Assembly: GCA_027345565.1 (NCBI GenBank)
Contig: DAHWIF010000002.1
Location: forward strand, 1-54,975
Length of the DNA: 54,975 nt
DNA from: Candidatus Micrarchaeota archaeon
GTDB taxonomy: Archaea; Micrarchaeota; Micrarchaeia; Micrarchaeales; Micrarchaeaceae
Direction: 5' to 3'
Shown here: piece by piece, positions 8,489 through 17,838 of the stretch
How positions within the stretch are numbered: the stretch's first letter is position 1
How the letters are laid out: every line of letters begins with the position of its first letter
The notes under the pieces: model-generated
The model's input: the letters and a program-made list of their open reading frames with translations, nothing else
Databases searched by the model: none
What the model was told of the DNA's origin: nothing
Program-made: the position numbers and the translations under genes

Positions 8489-9367
8489 TCATAAAGGAAG
8501 AAGAAGCAATATAAGGTTGCCGAGCAGCACGGCCATCACAACGCCTATGAAAATCGGCGCAGCCAAAGGTATCGGGTTCTTGTACACCGGGACCTTCTCC
8601 TTCACCCTTTTCCTTTTCAGCTCCGCTATCAGCTTTTTTGTGACGAGCCTGTCGAATCCAGGCACCCTGCTCTTTATCCTGTTTATCTGCCTTTGCTTCA
8701 TCAGGTTCCAGGCTATTATGTCCCCTTCCTCGAAGTCACCCGCAGCCAAGTACCTAACCATCGACAGGGTTATGGGCTTCTCGAAAAGCACTACAGTGAA
8801 GGAGCTGAAGGCTATCACGCATACGATAATCAATCCCTCCAGGCTGGTGCCGACCACCATCACAAGGAAGCCGAGGAAAACAAGGTATACCGCGCCAACG
8901 AGCATGGCCTTTGCCGCATCCCGCCTGGCTGCAAGGCTGCTTATCGGCTTTTTCAGCACCTTTGACGCTAGCGGTATGTAATATAGCGGTACAGCGACCA
9001 GTGCGGCTATGCCGCTGTCGACGAAGAGCGACACTATGAACGGCAGGCCTAGCTGCGGGATGTTCACCGCGATAGGCAGCGACTGGAATGGGAACATCAG
9101 CGAGAGCGCGGCGAACTCGAGCACGTCGCCCGCACCGAGCATCCCAGCCCTGTAGACCGCGTAGCCTACCCCGAGCACCACGATGGCTATGAGCAGGCTT
9201 ATTGATATTGACGCGACGTTGAAGTAGAGCAGCGTCAATACCGCTCCGTAAGCAAGGCTCGCGTACGCGAACACGCTGGGTATGTTCCTCTTGTTGAAGA
9301 TGTCGAATAGCATGTACACTAATGCGATAGCGATGAGGCTGCCAACACGCACAAAAACGAGCTCCAT
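8489..9367 (-). CDS. Prepilin/prearchaellin peptidase (A24, FlaK/PibD-like)
   Basis: First catalytic Asp in MLFDIFNKRNIP, GAGD motif, multi-TM, C-terminal IPLAAPIFIG. Confidence 0.8.
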   Translation of the reverse strand: MELVFVRVGSLIAIALVYMLFDIFNKRNIPSVFAYASLAYGAVLTLLYFNVASISISLLIAIVVLGVGYAVYRAGMLGAGDVLEFAALSLMFPFQSLPIAVNIPQLGLPFIVSLFVDSGIAALVAVPLYYIPLASKVLKKPISSLAARRDAAKAMLVGAVYLVFLGFLVMVVGTSLEGLIIVCVIAFSSFTVVLFEKPITLSMVRYLAAGDFEEGDIIAWNLMKQRQINRIKSRVPGFDRLVTKKLIAELKRKRVKEKVPVYKNPIPLAAPIFIGVVMAVLLGNLILLLLPL

Positions 9368-9453
9368 AGCAGAGATAATGCCGAAACAAGATATATATCT
9401 TTGCTCCCAATGAAAAGTAGATAGCCTAGTTGCAATTAACCAAGAATGATCCT

Positions 9454-12285
9454 ATGTTGGAATACGGAGAGCTGGAAAAGAGATGGCAGAAAGCGTGGGT
9501 GGAGTCAAAAGTCTACGAGCCTGAACCTAACGACAAGGAGGGTTTCCTGGTAACTTTCGCATTCCCGTATGTGAATTCGCCCATGCATGCCGGGCACATG
9601 AAGACCTACAGCCTTACCGATTCGTACGCCAGGTACATGCGCATGAAGGGGTTCAACGTACTGTTACCGATGAGTTTCCACATGACGGGCACTCCTATAC
9701 TCGGCATGGCGAAGAGGCTGGCGAAGGGCGACAAGGAGCTTATCGACGATTTCAGGAACATCTACAAGGTGCCAGACGGCGAGATAGCAAAAATGTCAGA
9801 CCCGCTGTACCTCGCAAACTACTTCGCGGCCGACACAGAAGCGGGGATGCGGGAAGCAGGCCTCGGGATAGACTGGAGAAGGAAGTTCAACACGGTAGAC
9901 CAGAGGTTCAGCAAGTTCATTGAGTGGCAGTTTCTCAGGATGAAGGAGAAAGGGCTGCTCACCCAGGGGACCCACCCGGTCAGCTGGTGCACCGCAGACA
10001 ACAGCGCCGTAGGAGGGCACGATACAAAGGGCGATGTCCAACCGAAGATAGAGGAGCTTACCGTGATAAAATTCAAGGATACCGCGGAAAATGTCTACTT
10101 CCCCTGCAGCACGTACAGGCCCGAGACCATATACGGGGTAACTAACATATTCGTAGATGGTAGTGCGAAGTACGTAGTGGCTGAAATCGAAGGCGTGCGG
10201 TACTACCTCTCGAATGAGGCTGTCGCAATGCTCGGCAACCAGCTCGCGATAAAGAGCGTGGGAGAGATAGCAGGAAAGGAGCTGCTGCAAAGGAAGGCGA
10301 TAAACCCGCTTACCGGAGAGGAGGTGCCTGTCCTGCCTGGTTTCTTCATAAAGCTCGATGTGGGGACCGGCGTAGTGATGAGCGTCCCTGCGCACGCGCC
10401 GTTCGATTACGTTGCGCTAGAGCGCCTCAAGGCCAGCGGGTACAAGATGCCAGATATGGAGTATAAGAGGGTGTTGGATATGCCACGGACAGGCGGCCCA
10501 GGCGACGAGATACCCGCCCTCGCATACTTGAAGCTTTTCGATGCCGACGCCAGCTCCGTAGACGAACTCATCGAGAGGGCGACAAAGGCGATATACAAGG
10601 ATGAATCCAGGCATGGCGTGATGACTGCGGGCAAGTATTCCGGAAAGCCGGAGACGGAAGCAAGGGAAGCCATAAAGAACGACCTGCTCAGTAGCAAGGA
10701 CGCGATACTCATATACGTGCTTGCTAATGAGGAGCCAGTCTACTGCAGGGACGGCACCCGCGTAACTGTGAAGATGGTATCCGACCAATGGTTCATAAAC
10801 TATGGCGACAAGGGCTGGAAGGAGCAGGTGAGGGCGGCATTGCCTTCAATAAAAATACTGCCAGAGAAACTGAGGCCCACTGTCGACTACCTGGTAGACT
10901 GGCTTGACCTGCGCGCCGTGGAAAGGGCGCAGGGGCTCGGCACACGCTTCCCTTTCAACCCGTCGCATATCATAGAGTCCCTGTCCGATTCGACCATCTA
11001 TATGGTATTCTACACGTTTGTCGATATACTGGATGCATACAAGGTCGCCCCAGAGCAGCTGAAGCCTGGGTTCTTCGACTTCGTGGTGAACTCCAAGGGC
11101 GACGCAGGGTCGGTTGCGGACGCGACTGGCATAGACAGGCTTGTAGTCCAGAAGTGTAGGGACAGCTTCGAGTACTGGTACAGGAACACGTCGAACCATT
11201 CTGGCTCCGACCTGCTGAACAACCATTTCATAATGTACATATTCTCGCACGTTGCCATGCTGGACAAGAGGCACTGCCCGAAACAGATAGTGCCGAACGG
11301 CCTGCTGCTCTTCGAGGGGCAGAAGATGAGCAAGAGCATAGGCAACACCATGCCAGCCAGGGGGATAATAGCGAAGCACGGGTCTGATCCGGTCAGGTTC
11401 TCCATCATCGCCACGGCAGACCTCGACAGCGAGACCAACTACGAGGACGCGACAATAGCTAGCGTGAAGCAGAAGAACGCATTCCTTGTCAGCATGGTTG
11501 AGATGCTCGACGAGCTGTCCGCCACAGAGCTGAGCCATATAGACTACTGGCTTTACTCGAAACTCAACTCGAAGATAGGGAGGGCTACCGAGCTCATGGA
11601 CACGATATCGTTCAGGAGCGCATACAATGAGATATACTACAATTCCATAACAGAGCTGAAATGGTATTTTGAGAGGGGAGGCAAGAACGAGCTCGTGGTA
11701 AGGGACTTCCTAGAGAAGGTGACGCTAATGCTGGGGCCTGTTATGCCCCATTTTGCAGAGGAGCTCTGGCACATGCTGGGCAAAAGCACCCTTGTGGCTA
11801 AGGAGAGATGGCCTGCCCACGATGCAAGCATGATAAACCCCGAAGCAGAGTCGATAGAGCGGATGATAGCCAACACCATCGACGACATAGCAAGCGTGGT
11901 AGAGCTAACCGCGAAGATGCCCGCCAACAAGGGCAAAAAGGTAAGCGCCGTAAACATAATAGTTGCTGATGACTGGAAAACAAGAGCATACAATGCGCTT
12001 GCCGAAAGCAAGAACATATCGCAAGTGATGTCCGGATGGCCGAACAAGGATGAAAAGGAGAAGATATCGAAGTTCCTATCCCAGTTTGCCAGCAAGACAA
12101 GGACTCTAGAAAAGGTGCCGGATGTAAGCGCAGACCAGACATTATCCGCGTTCAGCCAAGCGAAAGACTACATCTCAAAAAGGTTGGGCGCGGCCGTTTC
12201 CGTAGAGCTGGAACCGCAGTCCAAATCGCAGCGCGCGCAGCGTGCGCTTCCAGGCAGGCCTAGCATAGAAGTGATATGGTCATGA
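9454..12285 (+). CDS. leuS: Leucine--tRNA ligase
   Basis: FPYVNSPMHAGH, STYRPETIYG, GTGVVMSVPAHAPFD editing motif, IIESLSDSTIY, KMSKS. ATG 9454 preferred over TTG 9430. Confidence 0.97.
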   Translation: MLEYGELEKRWQKAWVESKVYEPEPNDKEGFLVTFAFPYVNSPMHAGHMKTYSLTDSYARYMRMKGFNVLLPMSFHMTGTPILGMAKRLAKGDKELIDDFRNIYKVPDGEIAKMSDPLYLANYFAADTEAGMREAGLGIDWRRKFNTVDQRFSKFIEWQFLRMKEKGLLTQGTHPVSWCTADNSAVGGHDTKGDVQPKIEELTVIKFKDTAENVYFPCSTYRPETIYGVTNIFVDGSAKYVVAEIEGVRYYLSNEAVAMLGNQLAIKSVGEIAGKELLQRKAINPLTGEEVPVLPGFFIKLDVGTGVVMSVPAHAPFDYVALERLKASGYKMPDMEYKRVLDMPRTGGPGDEIPALAYLKLFDADASSVDELIERATKAIYKDESRHGVMTAGKYSGKPETEAREAIKNDLLSSKDAILIYVLANEEPVYCRDGTRVTVKMVSDQWFINYGDKGWKEQVRAALPSIKILPEKLRPTVDYLVDWLDLRAVERAQGLGTRFPFNPSHIIESLSDSTIYMVFYTFVDILDAYKVAPEQLKPGFFDFVVNSKGDAGSVADATGIDRLVVQKCRDSFEYWYRNTSNHSGSDLLNNHFIMYIFSHVAMLDKRHCPKQIVPNGLLLFEGQKMSKSIGNTMPARGIIAKHGSDPVRFSIIATADLDSETNYEDATIASVKQKNAFLVSMVEMLDELSATELSHIDYWLYSKLNSKIGRATELMDTISFRSAYNEIYYNSITELKWYFERGGKNELVVRDFLEKVTLMLGPVMPHFAEELWHMLGKSTLVAKERWPAHDASMINPEAESIERMIANTIDDIASVVELTAKMPANKGKKVSAVNIIVADDWKTRAYNALAESKNISQVMSGWPNKDEKEKISKFLSQFASKTRTLEKVPDVSADQTLSAFSQAKDYISKRLGAAVSVELEPQSKSQRAQRALPGRPSIEVIWS

Positions 12286-12947
12286 CCCGCCTTCTTAGGA
12301 GGTACGACACCTTCATATTCGACTGGGACGGAACGCTCGTAGTCGGCAATCCACTCCTCAGGCTTAACGAGATGATAAACCCTGGTTGGGCCTACCGGAA
12401 GATGAGGAGCGAAGAGATGATAGATGAGTACTCTGTGCGAATGCAGAAAGCCGGAACACTTGCCGGAGACGCGATACGGAAGCACATAAGGGAGAGCGAG
12501 AGGAATAAAGGGGCGTACACGAGGCTGCTCGATGTCGTTTTCTATCTCACTAAACCAAGGCTGCATAATTACTCTGCGGAAGTGCTTGGCAAGCTCAGGG
12601 AAAGGAATGCAAAGATAGCGCTCTTCACCAACGGCGCAGCATATCGCGTCATCAAAGGTCTGGTGCACCTCAAGATAGAGGAGTATTTCGAGGTGATAGC
12701 AAGCGCCCAGGACCTGGGCGCGCTGAAACCGAACCCTCTTGGATTGAATGTGCTTATAAGCAGCATGCATTCCAGGAAGAGCAGGTGCATCTACATAGGC
12801 GATATGGTCAGCGACGTTGAGACAGCCAAGTATGCTGGAATAAGCTCATGCGCTATAGCGAAAGGCTTCTCCACTTACGCCCAGCTAGATGGCGCACGCC
12901 CCACCTACCTATTCAGGAGCATGGAATCCTTTGCCAAGGCCCTTTGA
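12276..12947 (+). CDS. HAD-superfamily hydrolase (phosphoglycolate phosphatase-like)
   Basis: FDWDGTL motif I, FTNG, KPNP, YIGDMVSD. Confidence 0.85.
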   Translation: MVMTRLLRRYDTFIFDWDGTLVVGNPLLRLNEMINPGWAYRKMRSEEMIDEYSVRMQKAGTLAGDAIRKHIRESERNKGAYTRLLDVVFYLTKPRLHNYSAEVLGKLRERNAKIALFTNGAAYRVIKGLVHLKIEEYFEVIASAQDLGALKPNPLGLNVLISSMHSRKSRCIYIGDMVSDVETAKYAGISSCAIAKGFSTYAQLDGARPTYLFRSMESFAKAL

Positions 12948-13043
12948 TGAATAACACAAAAGCTTATAAATGCAAAATCCAATGTAATATCACAAATACG
13001 GAGTAAGGCGGAAAGCGCTAATTCTACGTATGAGACAGATGCA

Positions 13044-13322
13044 ATGGCAGACGAATTTGGAGAAGAGGAAGGAGGAAGAGAAGAGAGAAGAGGAAGAAGA
13101 GAAGGAGGAATGAGCATAAAGTCCAACTACTTCTTGCCGAAACCTGTGAAGGTCGGCGATGAGGTGGAAGTGACAGTCGAGGCTGTAGCCTCGAAAGGTG
13201 ACGGAATCGCGAAGAAGGATGGTTTCGTTATCTTCATCAAGGGCGCCAAGGAGGGCGACAAGCTGAAGGTGAGGATAACGGACGTCAAGGCAAGGTTCGC
13301 GATCGGAGAAATAATGTCATAA
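13044..13322 (+). CDS. Single TRAM-domain RNA-binding protein
   Basis: PVKVGDEVEVTVEAVASKGDGIAKKDGFVIFI...VRITDVKARFAIGE with a charged low-complexity N-tail. TATA TTATAAA at 12964-12970. Confidence 0.9.
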   Translation: MADEFGEEEGGREERRGRREGGMSIKSNYFLPKPVKVGDEVEVTVEAVASKGDGIAKKDGFVIFIKGAKEGDKLKVRITDVKARFAIGEIMS

Positions 13323-13380
13323 CGCTAGACTTTTAGCTTTTGGCTGGCATCTTTTGCTGTTAGCGCGAGCAGGTAATGCA

Positions 13381-15831
13381 ATGCCGGATGATATCTATAC
13401 GCAGGATATGCACAAGAAGTGGATGTCGTACTGGGAGGAGCACGGGACCTTCCGTTTCGATGAGAAGGACCAAAACAAGCAGCTGTTCGTCATAGACACC
13501 CCGCCGCCGTTCACGAACGGGAGCCTGCACATGGGCCAGGTATTCTGGGTATGCTACATAGACGCTATAGCGAGGTACAAGAGGCTGAAGGGCTTCAACG
13601 TCCTGTATCCGCAGGGGTGGGACACCCACGGGTTCCCGACAGAGATAGCCGTAGAGAACAAGTACGGGAAGCTCCCAAGGGACGAATTCTACAAGAGGTG
13701 CGCCGAGCTCTCCGCGTCCAACATAAGTCGCATGCGCGACAAGATGCTCCAGCTCGGATCGACGTTCGACGACCATTATGAGTATACAACTACATCAAAG
13801 GACTATGTTGCAAAGGTGCAGTACTCTATGCTGCTGATGCACGAGAAGGGCATGGTCTACATAGGCTCCCACCCCGTCGAATGGTGCGTGAGGTGCGGCA
13901 GCGGCGTTTCTCGTGAGGAGGCTGAGGAGAAGGAGGAGGAGACAGACCTTGTGTATATAAACTTCGATATCGCAGGGGCGCAGCCAGGGAAGCGAAGCAT
14001 AACTATCGCAACTACCAGGCCGGAACTGCTGCACGCGTGCGTTGCTATAGCTGTAAACCCTAACGACGAGAGGTACAAGGGCGTCATCGGAAAGAAGGCA
14101 GAGACTCCGCTCTTCGGGAAAAAGGTGAGCGTGGTAGCCGATGATGTAGTTGACAAGGATTACGGCACCGGCGCTGAGATGGTCTGCACATTCGGCGACA
14201 AACGCGACATACTGCTTTACTATAAGCATAAGCTCAATCTTGTCGAACCCATTGACAAGGACGGCAAGCTTATGAATGCCGGGCAGTTCACGGGCGAGAG
14301 CATAAAAGGGGCGCGCGCAAAAGTGATAAGCGCCCTGGAGCGGGAAAAGCGAGTGGCCAAGACCGAGAGGATAAAGCACACAATAAAAGTGCACGATAGG
14401 GATTCATCGCCGCTGGAATTCCTATCCTCAAAGCAGTGGTTTGTTAAGATAAAGGAATACGCAGAGACAATCAAGAGCACCGCTAAAGGTATAGCGTGGA
14501 TACCTGAATCAGTAGCGCAGAGGCTAGATGACTGGGCGAACTTCATAGAGTGGGACTGGAACATATCCAGAAATAGAGTCTTCGGCACGCCGATACCGTT
14601 TTGGAGGTGTGCTAAGTGCGACCATATAGTCCCGCCATCGAGGGACGACCTGCCGATAGACACATCTGTGGCGAAGCCCCCTACGCCAAAGTGCCCAGAG
14701 TGCGGAGGCAAGGTCGTAGGGACAGAGGAGACATTAGATGTCTGGATAGACTCATCGATAACCCCGCTGATAATATCCGGGTGGCCTGACAACAAGAAGC
14801 TGCACAGCAGGGCATTCCCTGCCTCGGTGAGAATACAAGGCACCGATATAGTCCGCACATGGGCGTTCTACACGATGTTCAGGACGGTTGCCATAACCGG
14901 CGATAAGCCGTTCGATAGCATAATAGTGCACAACATGATACTCGGATCCGACGGAAGGGAGATGCACAAGAGGTTCGGGAACGGAATAGCTCTTGAGGAC
15001 CTTGTGCCGAAGTACCCGGTTGACGCTGTGAGGCTGTGGGTTGCCCTGAGCGGCGCGATAGGCAAGGACAAGGCGTTCTCATACAAGGAGCTCGATTACG
15101 CAAAGAGCTTCCTGACAAAGCTGTACAACACCGCCAAGTTCGTGAAGGCGGCGATGTCGGAAGGCAAGCTGCCGAAGAGCGAGCCGCACGATCATCTCAA
15201 TGTCTTCGACTTATGGATACTCGGCAGGCTGAACCGGACGATAAAAGAGGTGACCGACGGTTATGATGGCATGTCTCTCTACGCCGCGCTATCGAAGGCC
15301 GTGAACTTCTACTGGCACGAGTTCGCTGACTATTATATAGAGAACGTGAAGCACAGGGTCTATTCTGATAGCAAGAGCATGCAGCACAGCAAGGAGGCCG
15401 CCCTCTTCACGCTCAGATATGTGCTGGAAGCCTCGCTGCGCATATTCGCGCCAGTGATACCTTTCACATGCGAGGAGATACACCAAATGTTCGACAAGGG
15501 AAGCCTTTTCGAGGAGCCCTTCCCGATTTATACGGAGAGGCCGGAACCCGCCGACTACATACTCAACGGGCTGGTGTTCAGCAGCGTCACAGTGCAGGCA
15601 GACCCAGAAAACCTTGGCGCTGTGCTCAACGACATAATCTCGCAGGTGAGGAAGGCGAAAGCGACGCAGAAGCTGGCGCTGAACAAGGAGATAGCATCAA
15701 TAAATATAAATGTTCCTGGAGAATACTATTCTGCTGTGGTAGCATCACAGGATGAGCTCAAGCTTATTCTAAAGGCGCGCAGCATAAAAGTAAGCAAGGG
15801 AAAGGAGCTCACGGCCTCTATAAAGACATGA
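13381..15831 (+). CDS. valS: Valine--tRNA ligase
   Basis: IDTPPPFTNGSLHMG, GWDTHGFPTE, ATTRPELL, GTGAEMVCTFGD, WDWNISRNRVFGTPIP, DVWIDSS. Confidence 0.95.
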   Translation: MPDDIYTQDMHKKWMSYWEEHGTFRFDEKDQNKQLFVIDTPPPFTNGSLHMGQVFWVCYIDAIARYKRLKGFNVLYPQGWDTHGFPTEIAVENKYGKLPRDEFYKRCAELSASNISRMRDKMLQLGSTFDDHYEYTTTSKDYVAKVQYSMLLMHEKGMVYIGSHPVEWCVRCGSGVSREEAEEKEEETDLVYINFDIAGAQPGKRSITIATTRPELLHACVAIAVNPNDERYKGVIGKKAETPLFGKKVSVVADDVVDKDYGTGAEMVCTFGDKRDILLYYKHKLNLVEPIDKDGKLMNAGQFTGESIKGARAKVISALEREKRVAKTERIKHTIKVHDRDSSPLEFLSSKQWFVKIKEYAETIKSTAKGIAWIPESVAQRLDDWANFIEWDWNISRNRVFGTPIPFWRCAKCDHIVPPSRDDLPIDTSVAKPPTPKCPECGGKVVGTEETLDVWIDSSITPLIISGWPDNKKLHSRAFPASVRIQGTDIVRTWAFYTMFRTVAITGDKPFDSIIVHNMILGSDGREMHKRFGNGIALEDLVPKYPVDAVRLWVALSGAIGKDKAFSYKELDYAKSFLTKLYNTAKFVKAAMSEGKLPKSEPHDHLNVFDLWILGRLNRTIKEVTDGYDGMSLYAALSKAVNFYWHEFADYYIENVKHRVYSDSKSMQHSKEAALFTLRYVLEASLRIFAPVIPFTCEEIHQMFDKGSLFEEPFPIYTERPEPADYILNGLVFSSVTVQADPENLGAVLNDIISQVRKAKATQKLALNKEIASININVPGEYYSAVVASQDELKLILKARSIKVSKGKELTASIKT

Positions 15832-16304
15832 GTGAATCAATGGCAAGAATGCACACTAAAAAGAAAGGCAAATCGGCGTCGTTAAAGCCGCTTTTCGAGA
15901 GCGCCAGCTACGATGGCGAGATGACGAAGGAGCAGATAGAGGACACTATAGCTTCGTATTCCAGGCAGGGGATGGACCCGGCGCTAATCGGCGAGACAAT
16001 GAAAAGGGAGCACAAAGTCCCCTATATAAAGAAGGCAACCGGAAAGAGCATGCTGCAGATACTTGAAGAGAAGAAGCTCGCCGGAGAGGTGCCGTCCGAT
16101 ATGCTGCAACTCATAAAGAAAGCGGTCGGGATGAGGGCGCACCTCGCCGCCAACAAGAGGGATACCCACAGCATGACGAGGCTCAGCAGGGTCGAATCTA
16201 AAATATGGAGGCTTACGAAGTATTACAAACGCGAAGGCAGGCTGCCAAAGGACTGGAGATATGACCCGCAGACTGCAGAGCTCCTGATCAAAGGGAGGGC
16301 ATGA
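15828..16304 (+). CDS. rps15: 30S ribosomal protein S15 (uS15)
   Basis: MARMHTKKKGKS and VESKIWRLTKYYKREGRLPKDWRY. True start may be 15840. Confidence 0.95.
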   Translation: MSESMARMHTKKKGKSASLKPLFESASYDGEMTKEQIEDTIASYSRQGMDPALIGETMKREHKVPYIKKATGKSMLQILEEKKLAGEVPSDMLQLIKKAVGMRAHLAANKRDTHSMTRLSRVESKIWRLTKYYKREGRLPKDWRYDPQTAELLIKGRA

Positions 16305-16873
16305 CAATGGCATTGCAAAGAACTGCAGACAAGTGGCGCATGAAGCACTGGTTCAGGGTGCAGGCTCCGAAGCTCTTCAATGAGGAGACGATATGCGAGA
16401 TGCCGGCCGATGACGAGAAAATGGTTGTCGGCAGGAAGCTGAGGGTGAGCCTTGAGCAGCTGACCCACAACCCGCAGAACTCGTTCAGCAACGCTGTGGT
16501 CAGGGCAATAAGCGTGAACGGGGACGCTGTCCGCACGCAGCTGATCTCAATAGAGCAGCCGCACAGCTACATACGGTCGCTTATAAGGAGATACCGGAGC
16601 GTAGTGTCGATAATAGCGCCGGTCACGTCAAAGGACGGTGCGAGGATGGTCCTGAAGATAGTCGCTATAACGAGGGAAAGGACCGCGCACACGAAGCTGA
16701 AGGGAATAAGGAAGGAGATAACCGACTTCGTGGAAGCTTATGCTAAGGAGAATGCAGCAGATGCGATAACGTCAGCGGTGATAGAGGGCAGAATGCAGGC
16801 GGAGATGGCCTCAAAGGTATCCCACATAACATCGATGAGCAAGGTGGAGGTAAAGAAGCTGGAGCTGCACTGA
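16301..16873 (+). CDS. rps3ae: 30S ribosomal protein S3Ae (eS1)
   Basis: DKWRMKHWFRVQAPKLF, YIRSLIRR, KVEVKKLEL; located after rps15. Confidence 0.9.
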   Translation: MTMALQRTADKWRMKHWFRVQAPKLFNEETICEMPADDEKMVVGRKLRVSLEQLTHNPQNSFSNAVVRAISVNGDAVRTQLISIEQPHSYIRSLIRRYRSVVSIIAPVTSKDGARMVLKIVAITRERTAHTKLKGIRKEITDFVEAYAKENAADAITSAVIEGRMQAEMASKVSHITSMSKVEVKKLELH

Positions 16874-17203
16874 TCAGCTTGTCCCTATTAGGATAACCCC
16901 TATCGTTATCACTATGACGCCGACCCACCTGAGCAGAGGTATATCCTCCATCAGTACGAGATAGGCTAACACGGTTGTGAAGATGTAGCTCAAGCCGCCT
17001 ATGCCGTACGCCCACGAGAGGTGCACCCTGCTGAGGACGTAGAAATAGGCCACTGTGGATACCCCATAAGCGACCACGCCAAGGGCAAGCCATCCGGCCA
17101 CGAAGCTGCTTGTGAAAGAATACTTGAACAGGAGCTGGCCTACCGCAGCGAAGAACGTCGAACCCCCAAGGAGCGTCAGGTTCCTCCTTTTGCCACCATC
17201 CAT
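16874..17203 (-). CDS. Small EamA/SMR-like 4-TM transporter subunit
   Basis: GQLLFK, LSRVHLSWAY, LMEDIPLLRWVGVIVITIGV. Confidence 0.75.
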   Translation of the reverse strand: MDGGKRRNLTLLGGSTFFAAVGQLLFKYSFTSSFVAGWLALGVVAYGVSTVAYFYVLSRVHLSWAYGIGGLSYIFTTVLAYLVLMEDIPLLRWVGVIVITIGVILIGTS

Positions 17204-17207
17204 TGAA

Positions 17208-17564
17208 TCACAAAGTTGCAGCAACTATCAGTATGCCTGCGAATATCACCGCCATCCCCAAGACGCGCTTTGGCCCTACCCTCTCCTTGAGTATCAGCAC
17301 AGACATGATGGTTATGAATATGAAGGTGCTCGCGAAAGTCGGGTAGACGACGGAGAGCGGCGCCTTGGAGAGTGCGAAAAGGTACACCACCAGGCTTACC
17401 ACGTAGCCACCGAGGCCGAGAAGTACCAGCTTTTTAGTCGCCATCCTAAGCACATCGCGTATTCCGTTGAGCTGCCTCGTCATCGCCTTTTTGTAGAGCG
17501 TCTGGGAGAAAGAGGCTATCAGCGCTGCAAGAAGTGTTATAAATATGACTAGATAGATATTCAT
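17208..17564 (-). CDS. Small EamA/SMR-like 4-TM transporter subunit
   Basis: SQTLYK, LSKAPLSVVYP, LKERVGPKRVLG; tandem paralog of the neighbouring gene. Confidence 0.8.
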   Translation of the reverse strand: MNIYLVIFITLLAALIASFSQTLYKKAMTRQLNGIRDVLRMATKKLVLLGLGGYVVSLVVYLFALSKAPLSVVYPTFASTFIFITIMSVLILKERVGPKRVLGMAVIFAGILIVAATL

Positions 17565-17585
17565 CAAACTACCAATTGGTGCTTC

Positions 17586-17834
17586 ATGTTGATTGACAGG
17601 CTGCAAATGCCCGCATTCCTGCTCTCGGCCATCACGGTTGTGCTTTTTATAATTGCGCTAATCGTATTTATAAAGTATGGTGCGGGGACGGTCTTCTACA
17701 TCGTAGTGGTGGTCGCCCTAGCTGCAGGTTTCCTGAATGCATGGGCGATCTCCAAGATGGAAGCTAACCGCGCAGCGTATGCTTCGCAGCGGCCGCGGCC
17801 GATGCGCTCTGCAAGAAGGCGCAGAAGGAAGTGA
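17586..17834 (+). CDS. Small two-TM hypothetical membrane protein with basic tail
   Basis: Two hydrophobic segments and an RRRRK end; 4-nt gap before topA. Start could be 17607. Confidence 0.6.
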   Translation: MLIDRLQMPAFLLSAITVVLFIIALIVFIKYGAGTVFYIVVVVALAAGFLNAWAISKMEANRAAYASQRPRPMRSARRRRRK

Positions 17835-17838
17835 AGCG

